Below are positions 19,355 to 30,231 of a stretch of 64,000 nt of DNA, piece after piece. Position 1 is the first letter of the stretch. Every line of letters begins with the position of its first letter. The position numbers and the translations under genes were made by a program. Below the pieces are notes generated by a model. That model was not told where the DNA came from. It worked only from the letters and a program-made list of their open reading frames with translations, and ran no database searches. The stretch spans positions 1 through 64,000 of the forward strand of contig JANRJK010000043.1 of NCBI GenBank assembly GCA_033764015.1, read 5' to 3'. The stretch is from Candidatus Sumerlaeia bacterium (GTDB taxonomy: Bacteria > Sumerlaeota > Sumerlaeia > SLMS01 > JANRJK01).

Positions 19355-22108
19355 TCAGGCGTGGACCGGCTTCTTGGCGCGCGCGCTGGGGAAGGCGGCG
19401 TCGAGGAGCCTCGCCTGCTCGATCTCGTGCTGGTGCAGCGAGCCCGTGGAGGTGGAGGCGCCGCGCGGGCGGCCGATGTACGCCACCTCGCGGCCGAGCA
19501 GCTTGCGGAGCAGCGGCTCGAGATACGACCACGCCCCCGCGTTCTCCGACTCCTCCTGCGCCCAGATGAAGGACTTGGCGCGGGGCATCTGCGCGAACAG
19601 CGCCGCGAGCTGCCTCTCGGGGAACGGATGGAACTGCTCGATACGGACGATCGCGGTGTCCTTCAGCTCCAGTCCGTCGCGCTTCGCGGCGAGTTCATAG
19701 TAGAACTTGCCGGAGCACAGGATCACACGCTCCGCCCGCTCCGGCGCGACCACCGGATCGGCGATCACCTCCCGGAAATGCCCCGAGGCGAGCTCTGCGA
19801 GCGTGCTCGTGGCGGCGGGGTTGCGCAGCAGGCTCTTCGGCGTTGCGACAACCAGCGGCTTGCGGAAGTTGCGCTTCACCTGCCGGCGGAGCAGGTGGAA
19901 GTACTGCGCCGGCGTGCTGGCGTTCACCACTTGGATGTTGTCCTCCGCGGCGAGCTGCAGGAAGCGCTCAATGTGCGCGCTCGAGTGGTCCGGCCCCTGG
20001 CCTTCGTAGCCGTGCGGCAACAGTAGGACGAGGCCGCTGTGGCGGTCCCACTTGCTTTCGGCGCTCACGAGGTACTCGTCGATCACCGCCTGCGCGCAGT
20101 TCGCGAAGTCGCCGAACTGCGCCTCCCACATCACGAGGCCGTTGGGTGCCACCAGGCTCACGCCGTACTCGAAGGCGAGCACGCTGACCTCGGAGAGCGG
20201 GCTGTCGGAAATCACGACGCGGCCCTGGCCGGGGCCGAGGTGCTCGTGCGGGTAGTGGGTAGCTTCCGTCTCCGTGTCCCACAGGCAGGCGTGGCGCTGC
20301 GAGAAGGTGCCGCGGCGCGAGTCCTGCCCGGTGAGGCGCACGAGGTGCCCGTCCACCAGGAGGGAGGCGAAGGCGAGCGACTCGGCGTTCGCCCAGTCGA
20401 TGCCGTCGCCGCGCTCCACCGCCTTCTCGCGCTCCTGCAGGATGCGCTTCACCTTCGGGTTGGCGTTGAAACCCTCGGGGATCGTCGACAGCCGGAGCCC
20501 GAGCTCGCGCAGCTTCGCCGCCGGGACGCCCGTTTCCATGGGGTCGTGCGAGTATTCGTCGGTGTAGCCCACCCAGCCCTGGCCGAAGACATCCTTCGGC
20601 TTCTCGACGGAGCCTTCCTTCGCCGAGGCCTGGGCCGCCTCGAGCATGCGCCGGAAATCCGCTTCCGCGCCGTCGAACTGCTCCTTGGTGAGGACGCCCT
20701 CGGCGAGCAGCGTCTCGAGGTAGCGGTGGCGGGTCGTCTGCTTGTCGCGGATCGCCTTGTACATGACCGGCTGCGTGAACGATGGCTCGTCGCCCTCGTT
20801 GTGGCCGTACCGGCGGTAGCACACCAAGTCGATGACGATGTCCTTCTGGAACTTCTGGCGGTACTCGAAGGCGAGGCGCGCTATGTGGGCGGCGGCCTCC
20901 GGATCCTCCGTGTTCACGTGGAAGATCGGCGCTTCGACCATCTTCGCCACGTCTGTGCAATAGGGCGTCGAGCGCCCGTACTCCGGCGCCGTCGTGAACC
21001 CGACCTGGTTGTTGATGACGATGTGGATCGTACCGCCGGTCCGGTAGGCGGGGAGCTGCGACATGTTGAAGATCTCGGCGACGATGCCCTGCCCGGAGAA
21101 CGCCGCGTCGCCGTGCATCACCACCGGCACCACGCGTTTGCGCTCGTTGTCGCCGCGCAGGTACTGCTTGCCGCGGACGCGCCCCTGGACCACCGCGCCG
21201 ACAAGTTCGAGATGGCTGGGGTTGGCCGTCATGCTCAGGTGGATCGTGCGCCCCGAGCGCGTGGGTCGGTCGGTCACGGCGCCCAAATGGTACTTCACAT
21301 CCCCGCCCGCCGCGTCGTCGCCGTTCACTTCGGGGATGTCCTCGTACTCGCTGAAGATCAGGCCGTAGCTCTTGTTGAGCGTGTTCGCGAGCACGTTGAG
21401 GCGCCCGCGGTGCGCCATACCGAAGATGATCTCCTCCACGCCGGTCGCCGCGGCGGTCTCGACGATCTCGTCGAGCAGCGGGATCAGCGTTTCGCCGCCT
21501 TCGATCGAGAAACGCTTCTTCCCGACATAGGTGCGGTGGGCGAAGGTCTCGTAGGTTTCCGCCTTCGCGAGGAGCTCGAGGATGCGGAGCTTTTCCTCGC
21601 GGGTGAACTGGGTGCGGTTCTTGTGCTTCTCGATGCGTTCGAGCAGCCAGGCGCGCTCGTCCGTGTTGTTCATGTGCCCGAGCTCGACCCCGACGGGACC
21701 GAGGTAGGTCGCGTCCAGCTCCGCGATCAGGTCGCGGAGCTTCATCCGCCCGCCGCCCCGGAACCAGCCGATGTCGAAGTCGCGCTCCAGGTCCGCGTCC
21801 GAGAGGTGGAACTTCTCAAGCTTGTAGAACTCGGCTTTGGGCTTCGGCGGGTAGAGCGGGTTCACCGCTGCGTAGTTGTGACCGAAGACGCGGTAGTAGC
21901 TCACCATCGCCTCGACGTTCGGCGTCACGGGCGCGTGGCGCGCCGTCGAGGGGCTCTCGGCGAGCCCCATCGTGAAACCTTGGAAGAAGAAATCCCAGTC
22001 CTTGCCGACCGCGGCGGGATCCTGCTTCCACTGCTGGAACTGCGCTTCGATGTACTCCGCGTTCCACCCGTTGATGGAACTGTTGGCGGCGTTGCCGGTT
22101 TGGCTCAT
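19355..22108 (-). CDS. sucA: 2-oxoglutarate dehydrogenase E1
   Basis: [42 protein letters not shown] and WEAQFGDF motifs. Start MSQTG at 22108. Confidence 0.97.
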   Translation of the reverse strand: MSQTGNAANSSINGWNAEYIEAQFQQWKQDPAAVGKDWDFFFQGFTMGLAESPSTARHAPVTPNVEAMVSYYRVFGHNYAAVNPLYPPKPKAEFYKLEKFHLSDADLERDFDIGWFRGGGRMKLRDLIAELDATYLGPVGVELGHMNNTDERAWLLERIEKHKNRTQFTREEKLRILELLAKAETYETFAHRTYVGKKRFSIEGGETLIPLLDEIVETAAATGVEEIIFGMAHRGRLNVLANTLNKSYGLIFSEYEDIPEVNGDDAAGGDVKYHLGAVTDRPTRSGRTIHLSMTANPSHLELVGAVVQGRVRGKQYLRGDNERKRVVPVVMHGDAAFSGQGIVAEIFNMSQLPAYRTGGTIHIVINNQVGFTTAPEYGRSTPYCTDVAKMVEAPIFHVNTEDPEAAAHIARLAFEYRQKFQKDIVIDLVCYRRYGHNEGDEPSFTQPVMYKAIRDKQTTRHRYLETLLAEGVLTKEQFDGAEADFRRMLEAAQASAKEGSVEKPKDVFGQGWVGYTDEYSHDPMETGVPAAKLRELGLRLSTIPEGFNANPKVKRILQEREKAVERGDGIDWANAESLAFASLLVDGHLVRLTGQDSRRGTFSQRHACLWDTETEATHYPHEHLGPGQGRVVISDSPLSEVSVLAFEYGVSLVAPNGLVMWEAQFGDFANCAQAVIDEYLVSAESKWDRHSGLVLLLPHGYEGQGPDHSSAHIERFLQLAAEDNIQVVNASTPAQYFHLLRRQVKRNFRKPLVVATPKSLLRNPAATSTLAELASGHFREVIADPVVAPERAERVILCSGKFYYELAAKRDGLELKDTAIVRIEQFHPFPERQLAALFAQMPRAKSFIWAQEESENAGAWSYLEPLLRKLLGREVAYIGRPRGASTSTGSLHQHEIEQARLLDAAFPSARAKKPVHA

Positions 22109-22427
22109 GGGGAGTTGGATGCGGAATCCGAGGTGGGGGCGGCGCCTTGTCCGCCCGGGATGGGTTCGACGGCGTCTAGCAAGCCAACGCCGGACCGTGA
22201 CTTGCAATCCTAGGGCGGGGGGCCGCGCATTGGCAAGCCCGGGATCGAGGCGTATAGCCAGCCGCGATTCCACGGCACCGCCCGGATCGCCTCCGGCGCG
22301 GCGCCCCTTAGGAAGCCGGAGATTCACCCCCCCTGCGGCTTGACCGCACGCCGCGACTGTTCGTGAATCTGGTGTTCCGTCGCCGCGTGGCGGCGGCGCA
22401 GCCTATCCGGAGGCCATCACGGCGCAG

Positions 22428-23414
22428 ATGAACCGCAACATCGGCATCAAGGGAGTAGGGTACTGTGTCCCCGACAAGGTCCTGAGCAACGCGGACCTCG
22501 AGAAGCTGGTCGATACGAACGACGAATGGATCGTCGAGCGCACCGGGATCCGTGAGCGCCGGGTGCTTTCGGAGGGCGAGAACTGCTCCACGATCGGCGC
22601 CGAGGCTGCCCGCAGGGCGCTGGCCCATGCGGGCATGACAATCGACGACATCGACCTGATCGTCTGCGCCACCTTTAGCCCCGACTACCTCTGCCCGGCC
22701 ACGGCGTGCGTGATCCACAGCCTGCTGAAGCCATCCAAGCACATCCCCGCCTTCGACGTGAACGGAGCCTGCACAGGATTCATCATGGCCCTCCAAGTGG
22801 CGCAGGGCATGATGACCACCATGGGCTACAAGAACGTGCTGGTGATCGGCGCGGAGGCGTGCACGCGCTTCATCGACTATAGCAACCGCTCCGTCTGCAT
22901 CCTGTTCGGCGACGGCGCCGGGGCGGCGGTGATCGGCGACGTCGAAGCCCCCGCCGGCTTCCTCGGCCATTCGGCCCACGCGGACAGCACCGGCGTCCAC
23001 CTGATCAGCATCGACGCCGGCGGCTCCGCCTGCCCGATCTCGCAGAAGGCCGTGGACGAGCGCCTCGGGTTCATCCAAGTCGAGGGGCGCGAAGTGTACA
23101 AGTTCGCCGTGAAGGTGCTCGGCACCGCGGTGGACCAGGCGCTCGCGAACGCCGGCATGACTCCCGACCAGATCGACTTCCTGATCCCGCACCAGGCGAA
23201 CATCCGCATCATCGACGCGGCGGCGAAGCGCTACAACATGCCGATGGAGCGCGTCGTCTGCAACGTCGAGCGGTTCGGCAACACCTCGGCCGCGAGCGTG
23301 CCCATCGCGCTGGCGGAGGCTTGGGAGCAGGGACGCATCAAGCCCGGAATGGTGCTCGCCATGGTCGCCTTCGGCGGCGGCCTCACCTACGGGTCCACCA
23401 TCGTCCGCGTGTAG
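22428..23414 (+). CDS. fabH: Beta-ketoacyl-ACP synthase III
   Basis: ACTGF (Cys), HQAN (His), GNTSAAS (Asn) catalytic triad; LFGDGAGA. Confidence 0.96.
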   Translation: MNRNIGIKGVGYCVPDKVLSNADLEKLVDTNDEWIVERTGIRERRVLSEGENCSTIGAEAARRALAHAGMTIDDIDLIVCATFSPDYLCPATACVIHSLLKPSKHIPAFDVNGACTGFIMALQVAQGMMTTMGYKNVLVIGAEACTRFIDYSNRSVCILFGDGAGAAVIGDVEAPAGFLGHSAHADSTGVHLISIDAGGSACPISQKAVDERLGFIQVEGREVYKFAVKVLGTAVDQALANAGMTPDQIDFLIPHQANIRIIDAAAKRYNMPMERVVCNVERFGNTSAASVPIALAEAWEQGRIKPGMVLAMVAFGGGLTYGSTIVRV

Positions 23415-23439
23415 GCGCCGCCGACCGGAGCCGGAAAAG

Positions 23440-23470
23440 AAGCGCCCCGGCCTTGCGGCCGGGGCGCTTT
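23440..23470. terminator. Bidirectional intrinsic terminator between convergent genes
   Basis: AAGCGCCCCGGCC-TTGC-GGCCGGGGCGCTT with A-rich 5' and T-rich 3' flanks. Confidence 0.8.
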
Positions 23471-23497
23471 GTCACAGTGTGGACGAGCCAGCCGCCG

Positions 23498-23809
23498 TCA
23501 GGCGTTGAAGTGGCCGCACACATATACTTCCTGCCCGGGGAGCAGGTTGACCGGCCCCGCATGGTAGCGGCGCACGAAGTCGGCGACCGACTGGTCGTTC
23601 TCCCAGGCCATCATCACAAAGAACGTCCGCTCCGGGTCCTCGATCTGGAACCCTTCCATCGCCTCCGGCGACACGTCTTCCGGGGAGAAGTAGCTGGCCC
23701 AAAGGTGTCCTGGGGATTTCGCCGCGGCGGCGATCCACTTGTCGAGCGTGCGGCGAGCCGCCTCCGCCTGCCCGTGCTTCACTACCGTCTTGATCACTTC
23801 GACGTACAT
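23498..23809 (-). CDS. Small hypothetical protein, possibly ABM-like dimeric alpha+beta barrel
   Basis: 103 aa MYVEVIKTVVKHGQ...PGHL...FFVMMAWEN pattern; GAGG RBS upstream; genome-like codon usage. Confidence 0.6.
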   Translation of the reverse strand: MYVEVIKTVVKHGQAEAARRTLDKWIAAAAKSPGHLWASYFSPEDVSPEAMEGFQIEDPERTFFVMMAWENDQSVADFVRRYHAGPVNLLPGQEVYVCGHFNA

Positions 23810-24160
23810 TCTGGGTATCCTCAATCGTCTGGGCGCGCGGTGGGGCCGGGCGCGGACTTCACGCCGTTGGTCGAACAAGGATCGAGCCAACCACTCGCGC
23901 CTCCGGGTGGGGGATTGCCCTCCGAAGGGTGCGCACAGTGCATAAGCGCACCCGGAAATCAAGGGAAACCGTCTTCGATAGGGGAATGGGGGCGCCCAAT
24001 TCCTTGCCGGCATTGCCTCCGTTCAATCCCGAGAGCCGACTTGAGCCCTCACGCCGGTTCCACCCGCGAGCCGCGCGATGGATTGCCCGGGCGATTTCTG
24101 CTGCATCGGCATCGGCCTGGCACGCCTCATGGGCTGATGAATCCCGAGGGAATGCCATCG

Positions 24161-26041
24161 ATGACCCCGCCGAAGACCCTTTGCAAGTACTTCATCGCTG
24201 CCTGCATCGCCACGCTCCCCGCGGCCGCCGGCGCGCAGGGCTCTTTCTTTGTCACCGATTCCACGGGCGCGCGCATCATCCGCGTGTCCGAGACCACCGG
24301 CGCCCGCCGGCTTGTCACCGGGTCGCTGCTGACCGGACCGGCGGCCATTGCCGCGAAGCCGGACGGGCGCTTCTACGTGACGGATCTGGACCTCCCCGGC
24401 GTCTTCGAGTATGATCCGGCGGTGGGCGACGCGACCCTTGTCAGCGGCGCCGCGCGCGGTTCCGGGCCTGCGCTCTCAAGCCCCGCGCAGATCGCCATCG
24501 AATCGGCCGGGACAATCCTGCTGGTCGAGCGCTCGCCGGCCAGCATCGTCCGCATCGACCCGGCGACCGGCGACCGGACCTTGCTGTCCGGCGCGTCGGC
24601 CGGCACCGGGCAGCCGTTCGCCTCCCCGTTCGGGCTCGTGATCGAGCCATCCGGCTCGCTGCTGGTGGGCGATAGCGGCGCCGACGTCCTCTTCCGCGTG
24701 AACGCCCTCACCGGCGACCGCTCGATCGTGGCGAGCAACACGGTGGGCGGCGGCCCCTCCCTCGGGGCCCTGCAGGGCCTCGCGCTCGACGCGACGCAGG
24801 CGGGCTTCGTGCTCGCGGCGGACTCCTCCACACGCGCCGTCTTGCGCTTCGACACCGCCACGGGCGACCGCGTCCAGGTTTCGAGCAGCGGGGTGGGATC
24901 AGGCACCGGCTTCCTCTTCCCGCTCTATCCGGCGCAAGTACCCGCGGGCACGATCTACGTCTCCGATCCGACGCTCGATGCCATCGTCGCGGTGGACCTC
25001 GCCACCGGGAACAGGACCGTCCTGAGCGACGACGCGACCGGCACCGGCCCCCAGTTCGCCCGCCCGCAGGGCGTCGCCCTCAATGGCGCCAGCCTCTTCG
25101 TGCCCGACCTGGACCTCGACGCCATTGTCTCCGTGGACATCCTGTCGGGCGACCGCACGCCCGCGCCCGGCACGAGTATCGGCTCCGGCCCGGTGCTCCG
25201 CGGGCCGGCGGGGATTTACCTCGAAACCGAAACCTCCGCCATCGTCGCCGACGCCACGCTGCCGGGCATCTTCCGGGTGAACCTCTCGACCGGCGCCCGC
25301 ACGCTGGTCTCCGGTGACGGAACGGGCACGGGCCCCGCCCTCTCCTCCCCGCGGGGAGTGGCGCCGACGCCGGACGGCAACGCCTACGTCATCGACGCCG
25401 GCACGCTTGCGATGTACCGCGTCGATCTTGTCACCGGCGCCAGGACGACGGTTTCCTCGAATGCCATCTCCGGCACCGGTGTCCTGATGAGCCAGCCCCG
25501 CGACCTGCTCGCCCTGGACGACGGAAGTGTCGTCTACGCGGATTCCGGCATCGCCGCGATGGTCCGTATCGACACCGCGTCCGGCAACCGCACGCGCATC
25601 ACGGGCGACGGAGCGGGAAGCGGCACGGCCCTGCTGCGCCCCTTCGGCGTGGTGCGGCTTCCGAACGGCGAGTACTTCCTCAGCGACGGCGACTTCACAA
25701 CTCCCCCCGCGGAGCCGCACCCCCTCGTGATGAAGTCCACGCCGCTCGGCGTGCGAAGCGTCTTCTCGACCGGCACCGGCGCCTCCACGGTCGGAACCGG
25801 CGAGGCGTTCACCCGCCTCTTCGACCTGACGACCGGGTCGAACGCGGATCTGTTCGTGCTGGATGTGAACTCCGCGACGAAGGACTCCCGACTGGTGCGC
25901 ATCGACGCGTTCAACGGTGACCGCGTCGTCGTTTCCGGCAGCTTGGCCGGCACGGGCCCGCTGCCCGTCGCCCCGCAGTTCCTGGTGTACCAAGGGAACG
26001 CCTCGGAAGTGCGCGCCAGCCAGTGGCAGCTCTACCATTGA
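24161..26041 (+). CDS. Secreted beta-propeller repeat protein (NHL-like, ~12 repeats)
   Basis: Signal peptide (..IATLPAAAGA/Q), 12 copies of an ~48-aa unit (R.D..TGDR..VS....G.GP....P.G), C-terminus ..SEVRASQWQLYH. Confidence 0.82.
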   Translation: MTPPKTLCKYFIAACIATLPAAAGAQGSFFVTDSTGARIIRVSETTGARRLVTGSLLTGPAAIAAKPDGRFYVTDLDLPGVFEYDPAVGDATLVSGAARGSGPALSSPAQIAIESAGTILLVERSPASIVRIDPATGDRTLLSGASAGTGQPFASPFGLVIEPSGSLLVGDSGADVLFRVNALTGDRSIVASNTVGGGPSLGALQGLALDATQAGFVLAADSSTRAVLRFDTATGDRVQVSSSGVGSGTGFLFPLYPAQVPAGTIYVSDPTLDAIVAVDLATGNRTVLSDDATGTGPQFARPQGVALNGASLFVPDLDLDAIVSVDILSGDRTPAPGTSIGSGPVLRGPAGIYLETETSAIVADATLPGIFRVNLSTGARTLVSGDGTGTGPALSSPRGVAPTPDGNAYVIDAGTLAMYRVDLVTGARTTVSSNAISGTGVLMSQPRDLLALDDGSVVYADSGIAAMVRIDTASGNRTRITGDGAGSGTALLRPFGVVRLPNGEYFLSDGDFTTPPAEPHPLVMKSTPLGVRSVFSTGTGASTVGTGEAFTRLFDLTTGSNADLFVLDVNSATKDSRLVRIDAFNGDRVVVSGSLAGTGPLPVAPQFLVYQGNASEVRASQWQLYH

Positions 26042-26880
26042 GGCGCATCGCCCGGGCCGCCGCGGCGCTACTCGCGGCGGCGACCCTCGCCGCCTGCGGC
26101 GGTCGGGCTGCGTTCGTGAGCCCCTACGAAACGGGTCCGCCCACCGCGCAAAGCGTCGGGGAGCTCCGGGCCACGCTTTCCGAGCGCGCCTCCCAGCACC
26201 CGAAGCTCTGGGTCCGGGCGGACCTCGTGCTGGAGAGCGACCTGCGCAAGGGCAGGGACGCGGTCACCGCGACGGCGCTCTTCGAGGAGCCGGACCGCTT
26301 CCGCCTGCTCGGCTCGCGGGAAGTGGTGGGGACGCTATTCGACGTGCTGCTGCTCGGCGACAACGCGTCGCTCTATTTCGCGCGCGAGGGACTGCGCTTC
26401 GATGGCACGGCGGAGGAGCTGCGCGGCAAGCTGGGCGCCGCCGGCAGTGTGATGCCCCGGGACCTGATCGAAGCAGTGACCGTGACGCAGCGCCTGCTCG
26501 CCACAATGGAGAAGCCGGCGGGGGAGTGGAGCGCCATCGACCGCCGGGACCACTGGCTTGTGGCGACATACGACGACCTCGGCCGACAGAGCATCTACCG
26601 GGTGCGCAAGGCGGACGGGCTCGTGGACGAGTGGCTGCTCCGGTCCGCGGACGGGGTGGAGCGCCTCCGCATCGCCTATGGCGAGTATCGGCTCGTCGAC
26701 GTCCGCGGACGCAAGGAGCCCTTCCCGTGGCGCTTCGAAGCGCGCGTGCCGGAGGGGAACGCGAAGGTTCGCGCCTCTGTGGACGGATACAAGATCGACC
26801 CGCCCTTCGTGCCGAAGAGCTTCCAGCCCCGGCAGACGGACGAAGTGTACGCGCTGCGGGACCTCGCGTTCGAGGAGTAG
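26038..26880 (+). CDS. Lipoprotein, possibly LolA/LolB-like fold
   Basis: Lipobox LAAC after basic and hydrophobic segments; TTG start overlaps upstream TGA. Fold is a guess from the beta-strand pattern. Confidence 0.65.
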   Translation: MRRIARAAAALLAAATLAACGGRAAFVSPYETGPPTAQSVGELRATLSERASQHPKLWVRADLVLESDLRKGRDAVTATALFEEPDRFRLLGSREVVGTLFDVLLLGDNASLYFAREGLRFDGTAEELRGKLGAAGSVMPRDLIEAVTVTQRLLATMEKPAGEWSAIDRRDHWLVATYDDLGRQSIYRVRKADGLVDEWLLRSADGVERLRIAYGEYRLVDVRGRKEPFPWRFEARVPEGNAKVRASVDGYKIDPPFVPKSFQPRQTDEVYALRDLAFEE

Positions 26881-26979
26881 CCCGCGGCAAACCGAACGCC
26901 CCCCTCCCGATTCCCATTGTGGTGGCCGGGAGCGGACGGAAACGCTCGGCCCTCAACCACACAAGGAGACCAATCTCCC

Positions 26980-27924
26980 ATGCAACGCAACGCCACGTCA
27001 CCCGTCAAGCCGGAACCCCGCGTCGGCCTGCTGCTGCTGTTGATTGCGGCGATCCTGTCCTTCTCCGCCCCCGCTGCGGCCCAGGATGGCGAGAAGAAGA
27101 CCCTCGTCATCACCGGCTCGGACACCATGAACCTGATGTCGACCGCGCTGGCGGAAGCCTTCAAGGCGCACCATCCCGAAGTCTCGGTCACGGTCACCGG
27201 CGGCGGCTCCGGCCGCGGCATCGCCGACCTGATGAGCGGCCTGAACGACGTCGCGCAGGCCAGCCGCCCGATGACGGACGGCGAGAAGGAGAAGGCGCGC
27301 GCCAATGGCCTCGATCCGCAGGAGTTCGTGGTCGGCCTCGATGCGCTCGCGGTCATCGTCAACGAGTCGAGCCCCGTGAAGGAACTGACCAAGGCGCAGA
27401 TCGCGGCGATCTTCACCGGCGCGGTCGACAACTGGAGCGCGTTCGGTGGCCCGGACCGCAAGATCACCGTGTTCGCCCGCGAGTCGAACTCCGGCACCTA
27501 CCACTTCTTCAAGGAACACGTCCTGCAGAACAAGGACTTCGCGCAAGGCACCAGCTACCTCGCCGCCACGGCGGCGATCGGCGACGCGGTGGCCAAGAAC
27601 GAGGGCGCGGTCGGCTTCGGCGGCATCGGCTACTTCGCCCACACCGAAGGCATCCGCATCCTGGCGGTCAGCCCGAAGAAGGGCGAGCCCGCGGTCTCTC
27701 CCATCGACGAGGCCACGCGCCACCCGCGCTACGAGACCATCCAGTCGGGCGAGTACCCGGTTTCCCGTCCGCTCCACTACTACACCAGCCGCCAGCCCGC
27801 CGGCGTCGCGAAGGCGTTCCTCGACTTCGTCGCGTCCGAAGAGGGGCAGGAGGTCATCAAGAAGAGCGAGTACATCCCGCTCGGCAAGGGCGGCGCCGCC
27901 GCGGCCAAGGCGGTCGCCGAGTAA
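26980..27924 (+). CDS. pstS: Phosphate ABC transporter substrate-binding protein
   Basis: ITGSDT, GGGSG.GI, ASRP and RESNSGT motifs; AAGGAG RBS; first gene of the pst cluster. Confidence 0.93.
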   Translation: MQRNATSPVKPEPRVGLLLLLIAAILSFSAPAAAQDGEKKTLVITGSDTMNLMSTALAEAFKAHHPEVSVTVTGGGSGRGIADLMSGLNDVAQASRPMTDGEKEKARANGLDPQEFVVGLDALAVIVNESSPVKELTKAQIAAIFTGAVDNWSAFGGPDRKITVFARESNSGTYHFFKEHVLQNKDFAQGTSYLAATAAIGDAVAKNEGAVGFGGIGYFAHTEGIRILAVSPKKGEPAVSPIDEATRHPRYETIQSGEYPVSRPLHYYTSRQPAGVAKAFLDFVASEEGQEVIKKSEYIPLGKGGAAAAKAVAE

Positions 27925-27945
27925 AAGGGTTCCCGGTTGCGTTCC

Positions 27946-27977
27946 AACGCGGGGGGAGGCTTTCCTTCCCCCGCGTT
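27946..27977 (+). terminator. Stem-loop between pstS and pstC (partial terminator / mRNA stabiliser)
   Basis: AACGCGGGGGGAGG-CTTT-CCTTCCCCCGCGTT ending in a short T run. Confidence 0.6.
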
Positions 27978-28021
27978 TACTTGCTTAGTCCTCCGTCCCG
28001 GCGCAGCACCCCTCCCTGCTT

Positions 28022-29065
28022 ATGGTTGACGCGACAAGCCTTCGGAGCCGCCTCCGTCACCCGCCTTCGCTGGCGCAGGTGTACCGGGAAAAGGCTATCG
28101 AAGCGCTCCTCTCCGTCTGCGCGACCGTATCCCTAGTCGCCATCTTCCTGATCTTCCTCTTCCTCTTCAAGGAGGGGATCATCGCGTTCAAGCTGGCGGG
28201 GGTCGGCGACTTCATCGTCGCCAAGATCAGCGAAGTCACCTTCGACCCGGTCACCGAGGAGTTCACCAAGACGGAGACGACCGGCTACGTCTGGCAGCCG
28301 GTGAGCGACCAGCCGAAGCTTTCCTTCGTCCCGTTGGTCTGGGGATCGCTCCTGATCGCCGCGCTGGCCGCGACCGTGTCGACGATCGTCGGCATCGCCT
28401 GCGGGCTTTACTTGTCGGAGATGGCCGGGCGGAAGCTGCGCGGGCGGCTCAAGCCGCTCATGGAGCTCCTAGTGTCGATCCCGACCGTGGTGATCGGCTT
28501 CTTCATGCTGGCGATCATCGCCTACCCGCTCCGCGCGTTCGCCGACTGGGCCGGCGCGGCTTTGGCCCCGATCCTTGGCGACTGGGTTTCCAGCATCTAC
28601 ACCGATACCTTCAACGCGTTTATCGGCGCCCTGGGCGTGAGTATCGTCATCATCCCGGTGATCGCCTCGCTGGTCGACGACTCGCTGCAGTCGGTGCCGC
28701 AGGACCTCCGCGATGGTTCTTTCGCGCTGGGGGCCACGCGGTGGCAGACGAGTTGGCGCGTGGTGCTGCCGGCGGGCTTCTCGGGCGTCGCGGCGGCGGT
28801 CATCCTCGGTTTCGGGCGCGCGCTCGGCGAGACCATGATCGTCGTCATGTGCGCGGGAAACGCGGCGCAGTTGTCCGCGAATCCGTTCGACTCGGTGACG
28901 ACGATGACCGCCCGCATCGCGACCGAGATGGGGACCGCCGGTGTCGGCTCGCTGCACCAGCACACGCTCTTCCTAGTCGGCTCGACCCTGGTGACGGTGA
29001 CGTTCTTCCTCAACCTGCTCGCGGAAGTGATCGTCCAGAAGTACCGCTCGAGGATCGTTTCTTGA
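28022..29065 (+). CDS. pstC: Phosphate ABC transporter permease PstC
   Basis: [19 protein letters not shown] and GRALGETM motifs. Confidence 0.94.
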   Translation: MVDATSLRSRLRHPPSLAQVYREKAIEALLSVCATVSLVAIFLIFLFLFKEGIIAFKLAGVGDFIVAKISEVTFDPVTEEFTKTETTGYVWQPVSDQPKLSFVPLVWGSLLIAALAATVSTIVGIACGLYLSEMAGRKLRGRLKPLMELLVSIPTVVIGFFMLAIIAYPLRAFADWAGAALAPILGDWVSSIYTDTFNAFIGALGVSIVIIPVIASLVDDSLQSVPQDLRDGSFALGATRWQTSWRVVLPAGFSGVAAAVILGFGRALGETMIVVMCAGNAAQLSANPFDSVTTMTARIATEMGTAGVGSLHQHTLFLVGSTLVTVTFFLNLLAEVIVQKYRSRIVS

Positions 29066-30231
29066 AGGAGAAGAACTTCGACGCGACCTTGGGGCGTGTG
29101 AAGACGGCGATGGAGTCCGGCTCCCGCGCGCCGATGTGGGCGCTCGTCTTCGAGACCGTGGTGAAGATCCTCACGGGCTTCGTCGTGGCCGCGCTGGCGT
29201 TCATCCTCTTCACCATCATCACCAAGGGCGGCCCGCACGTCTCGTGGGAGTTCCTCTCCCAGCCTCCGCGCGACACGGGCATGGCGGGAGGCGTCTGGCC
29301 GGCGATCTTCGGCACGTTCTTCGTCGTCCTCTTCATGATCATGATGGCGATTCCGCTCGGCGTCTTCGGCGCGGTCTACCTCGTCGAGTATTCGAGGGGT
29401 GGTTTCGCGGCCCGCGTGATCCGAGCGGCGGTCTCGAACCTGGCGGGAGTCCCGTCGATCGTATTCGGCCTCTTCGGGCTGGGCTTCTTCGTCCTCTTCG
29501 TCGGGCGGAACCTCGACTATATGGTGTACGACATCCCGCGCAGCGAGTCCGAGCTCGTCGAGAAGCGCGCCCGCCTCGAGGCGAACCGGACCGAATTGGA
29601 GGCCGAGGCCCGCACGGGCGCCGAAGCGGAAGCGGCGCGGCGCCAACTCGCCCCCGAAGAGGCGCAGGCGTTCGTGGCGCAGCGTGTGGTCGAGGCCACG
29701 ATCCCGTCGACGCGGCCGGTGTTCGGACAAGGGGCGATGTTCTGGGCGGCGGCGACGCTCGCCCTGCTGGTGCTGCCCGTGATCATCGTGTCGACGGAGG
29801 AGGCCCTGCGCGCGGTGCCGCTGTCGTTGCGCGAAGCGTCCTACGCGCTCGGCTCGACGAAGTGGCAGATGGTACGGAACATTGTGCTTCCGATGGCGCG
29901 GTCCGGAATCCTGACGGGTGCGATCCTCGCCGTCTCGCGCGGCGCGGGCGAGCTGGCGCCGGTGCTCTTCGTCGGCGTGGCCGCATTCAAGCCCGACCTC
30001 CCGCTGACGGATCCAGTGGACTTCGGCCTCTTCGAGGTCCCCGTCGTGAATCCGTTCACGTCGTTCATGCACCTCAACTACCACATCTACACGTTGGCCA
30101 CCCAGAGCCCCGATCCGGACGCGACCCGCGGCCTCCAGTTCGCCACCACGGCGGTGCTGGTGCTCCTCACGGTAGCGCTCAACCTCGCCGCCATCCGACT
30201 CCGGAACCTGTACTCCGCAAGGAACCGCTGA
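29062..30231 (+). CDS. pstA: Phosphate ABC transporter permease PstA
   Basis: [31 protein letters not shown] and R.AGE.AP motifs. TTG start overlapping pstC stop is inferred (ATG 29110 is an alternative). Confidence 0.93.
   Translation: MKEKNFDATLGRVKTAMESGSRAPMWALVFETVVKILTGFVVAALAFILFTIITKGGPHVSWEFLSQPPRDTGMAGGVWPAIFGTFFVVLFMIMMAIPLGVFGAVYLVEYSRGGFAARVIRAAVSNLAGVPSIVFGLFGLGFFVLFVGRNLDYMVYDIPRSESELVEKRARLEANRTELEAEARTGAEAEAARRQLAPEEAQAFVAQRVVEATIPSTRPVFGQGAMFWAAATLALLVLPVIIVSTEEALRAVPLSLREASYALGSTKWQMVRNIVLPMARSGILTGAILAVSRGAGELAPVLFVGVAAFKPDLPLTDPVDFGLFEVPVVNPFTSFMHLNYHIYTLATQSPDPDATRGLQFATTAVLVLLTVALNLAAIRLRNLYSARNR

Noticed and set aside
23907..23920. GTGGGGGATTGCCC resembles the start of the CRISPR repeat (orphan repeat or scaRNA?)
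   Set aside because: Similarity stops after ~14 nt, with no anti-repeat-pairing segment.
24118..24132. TGGCACG sigma-54 -24 element upstream of the propeller gene
   Set aside because: The -12 position reads ATGG instead of TTGC, so the invariant GC is missing.
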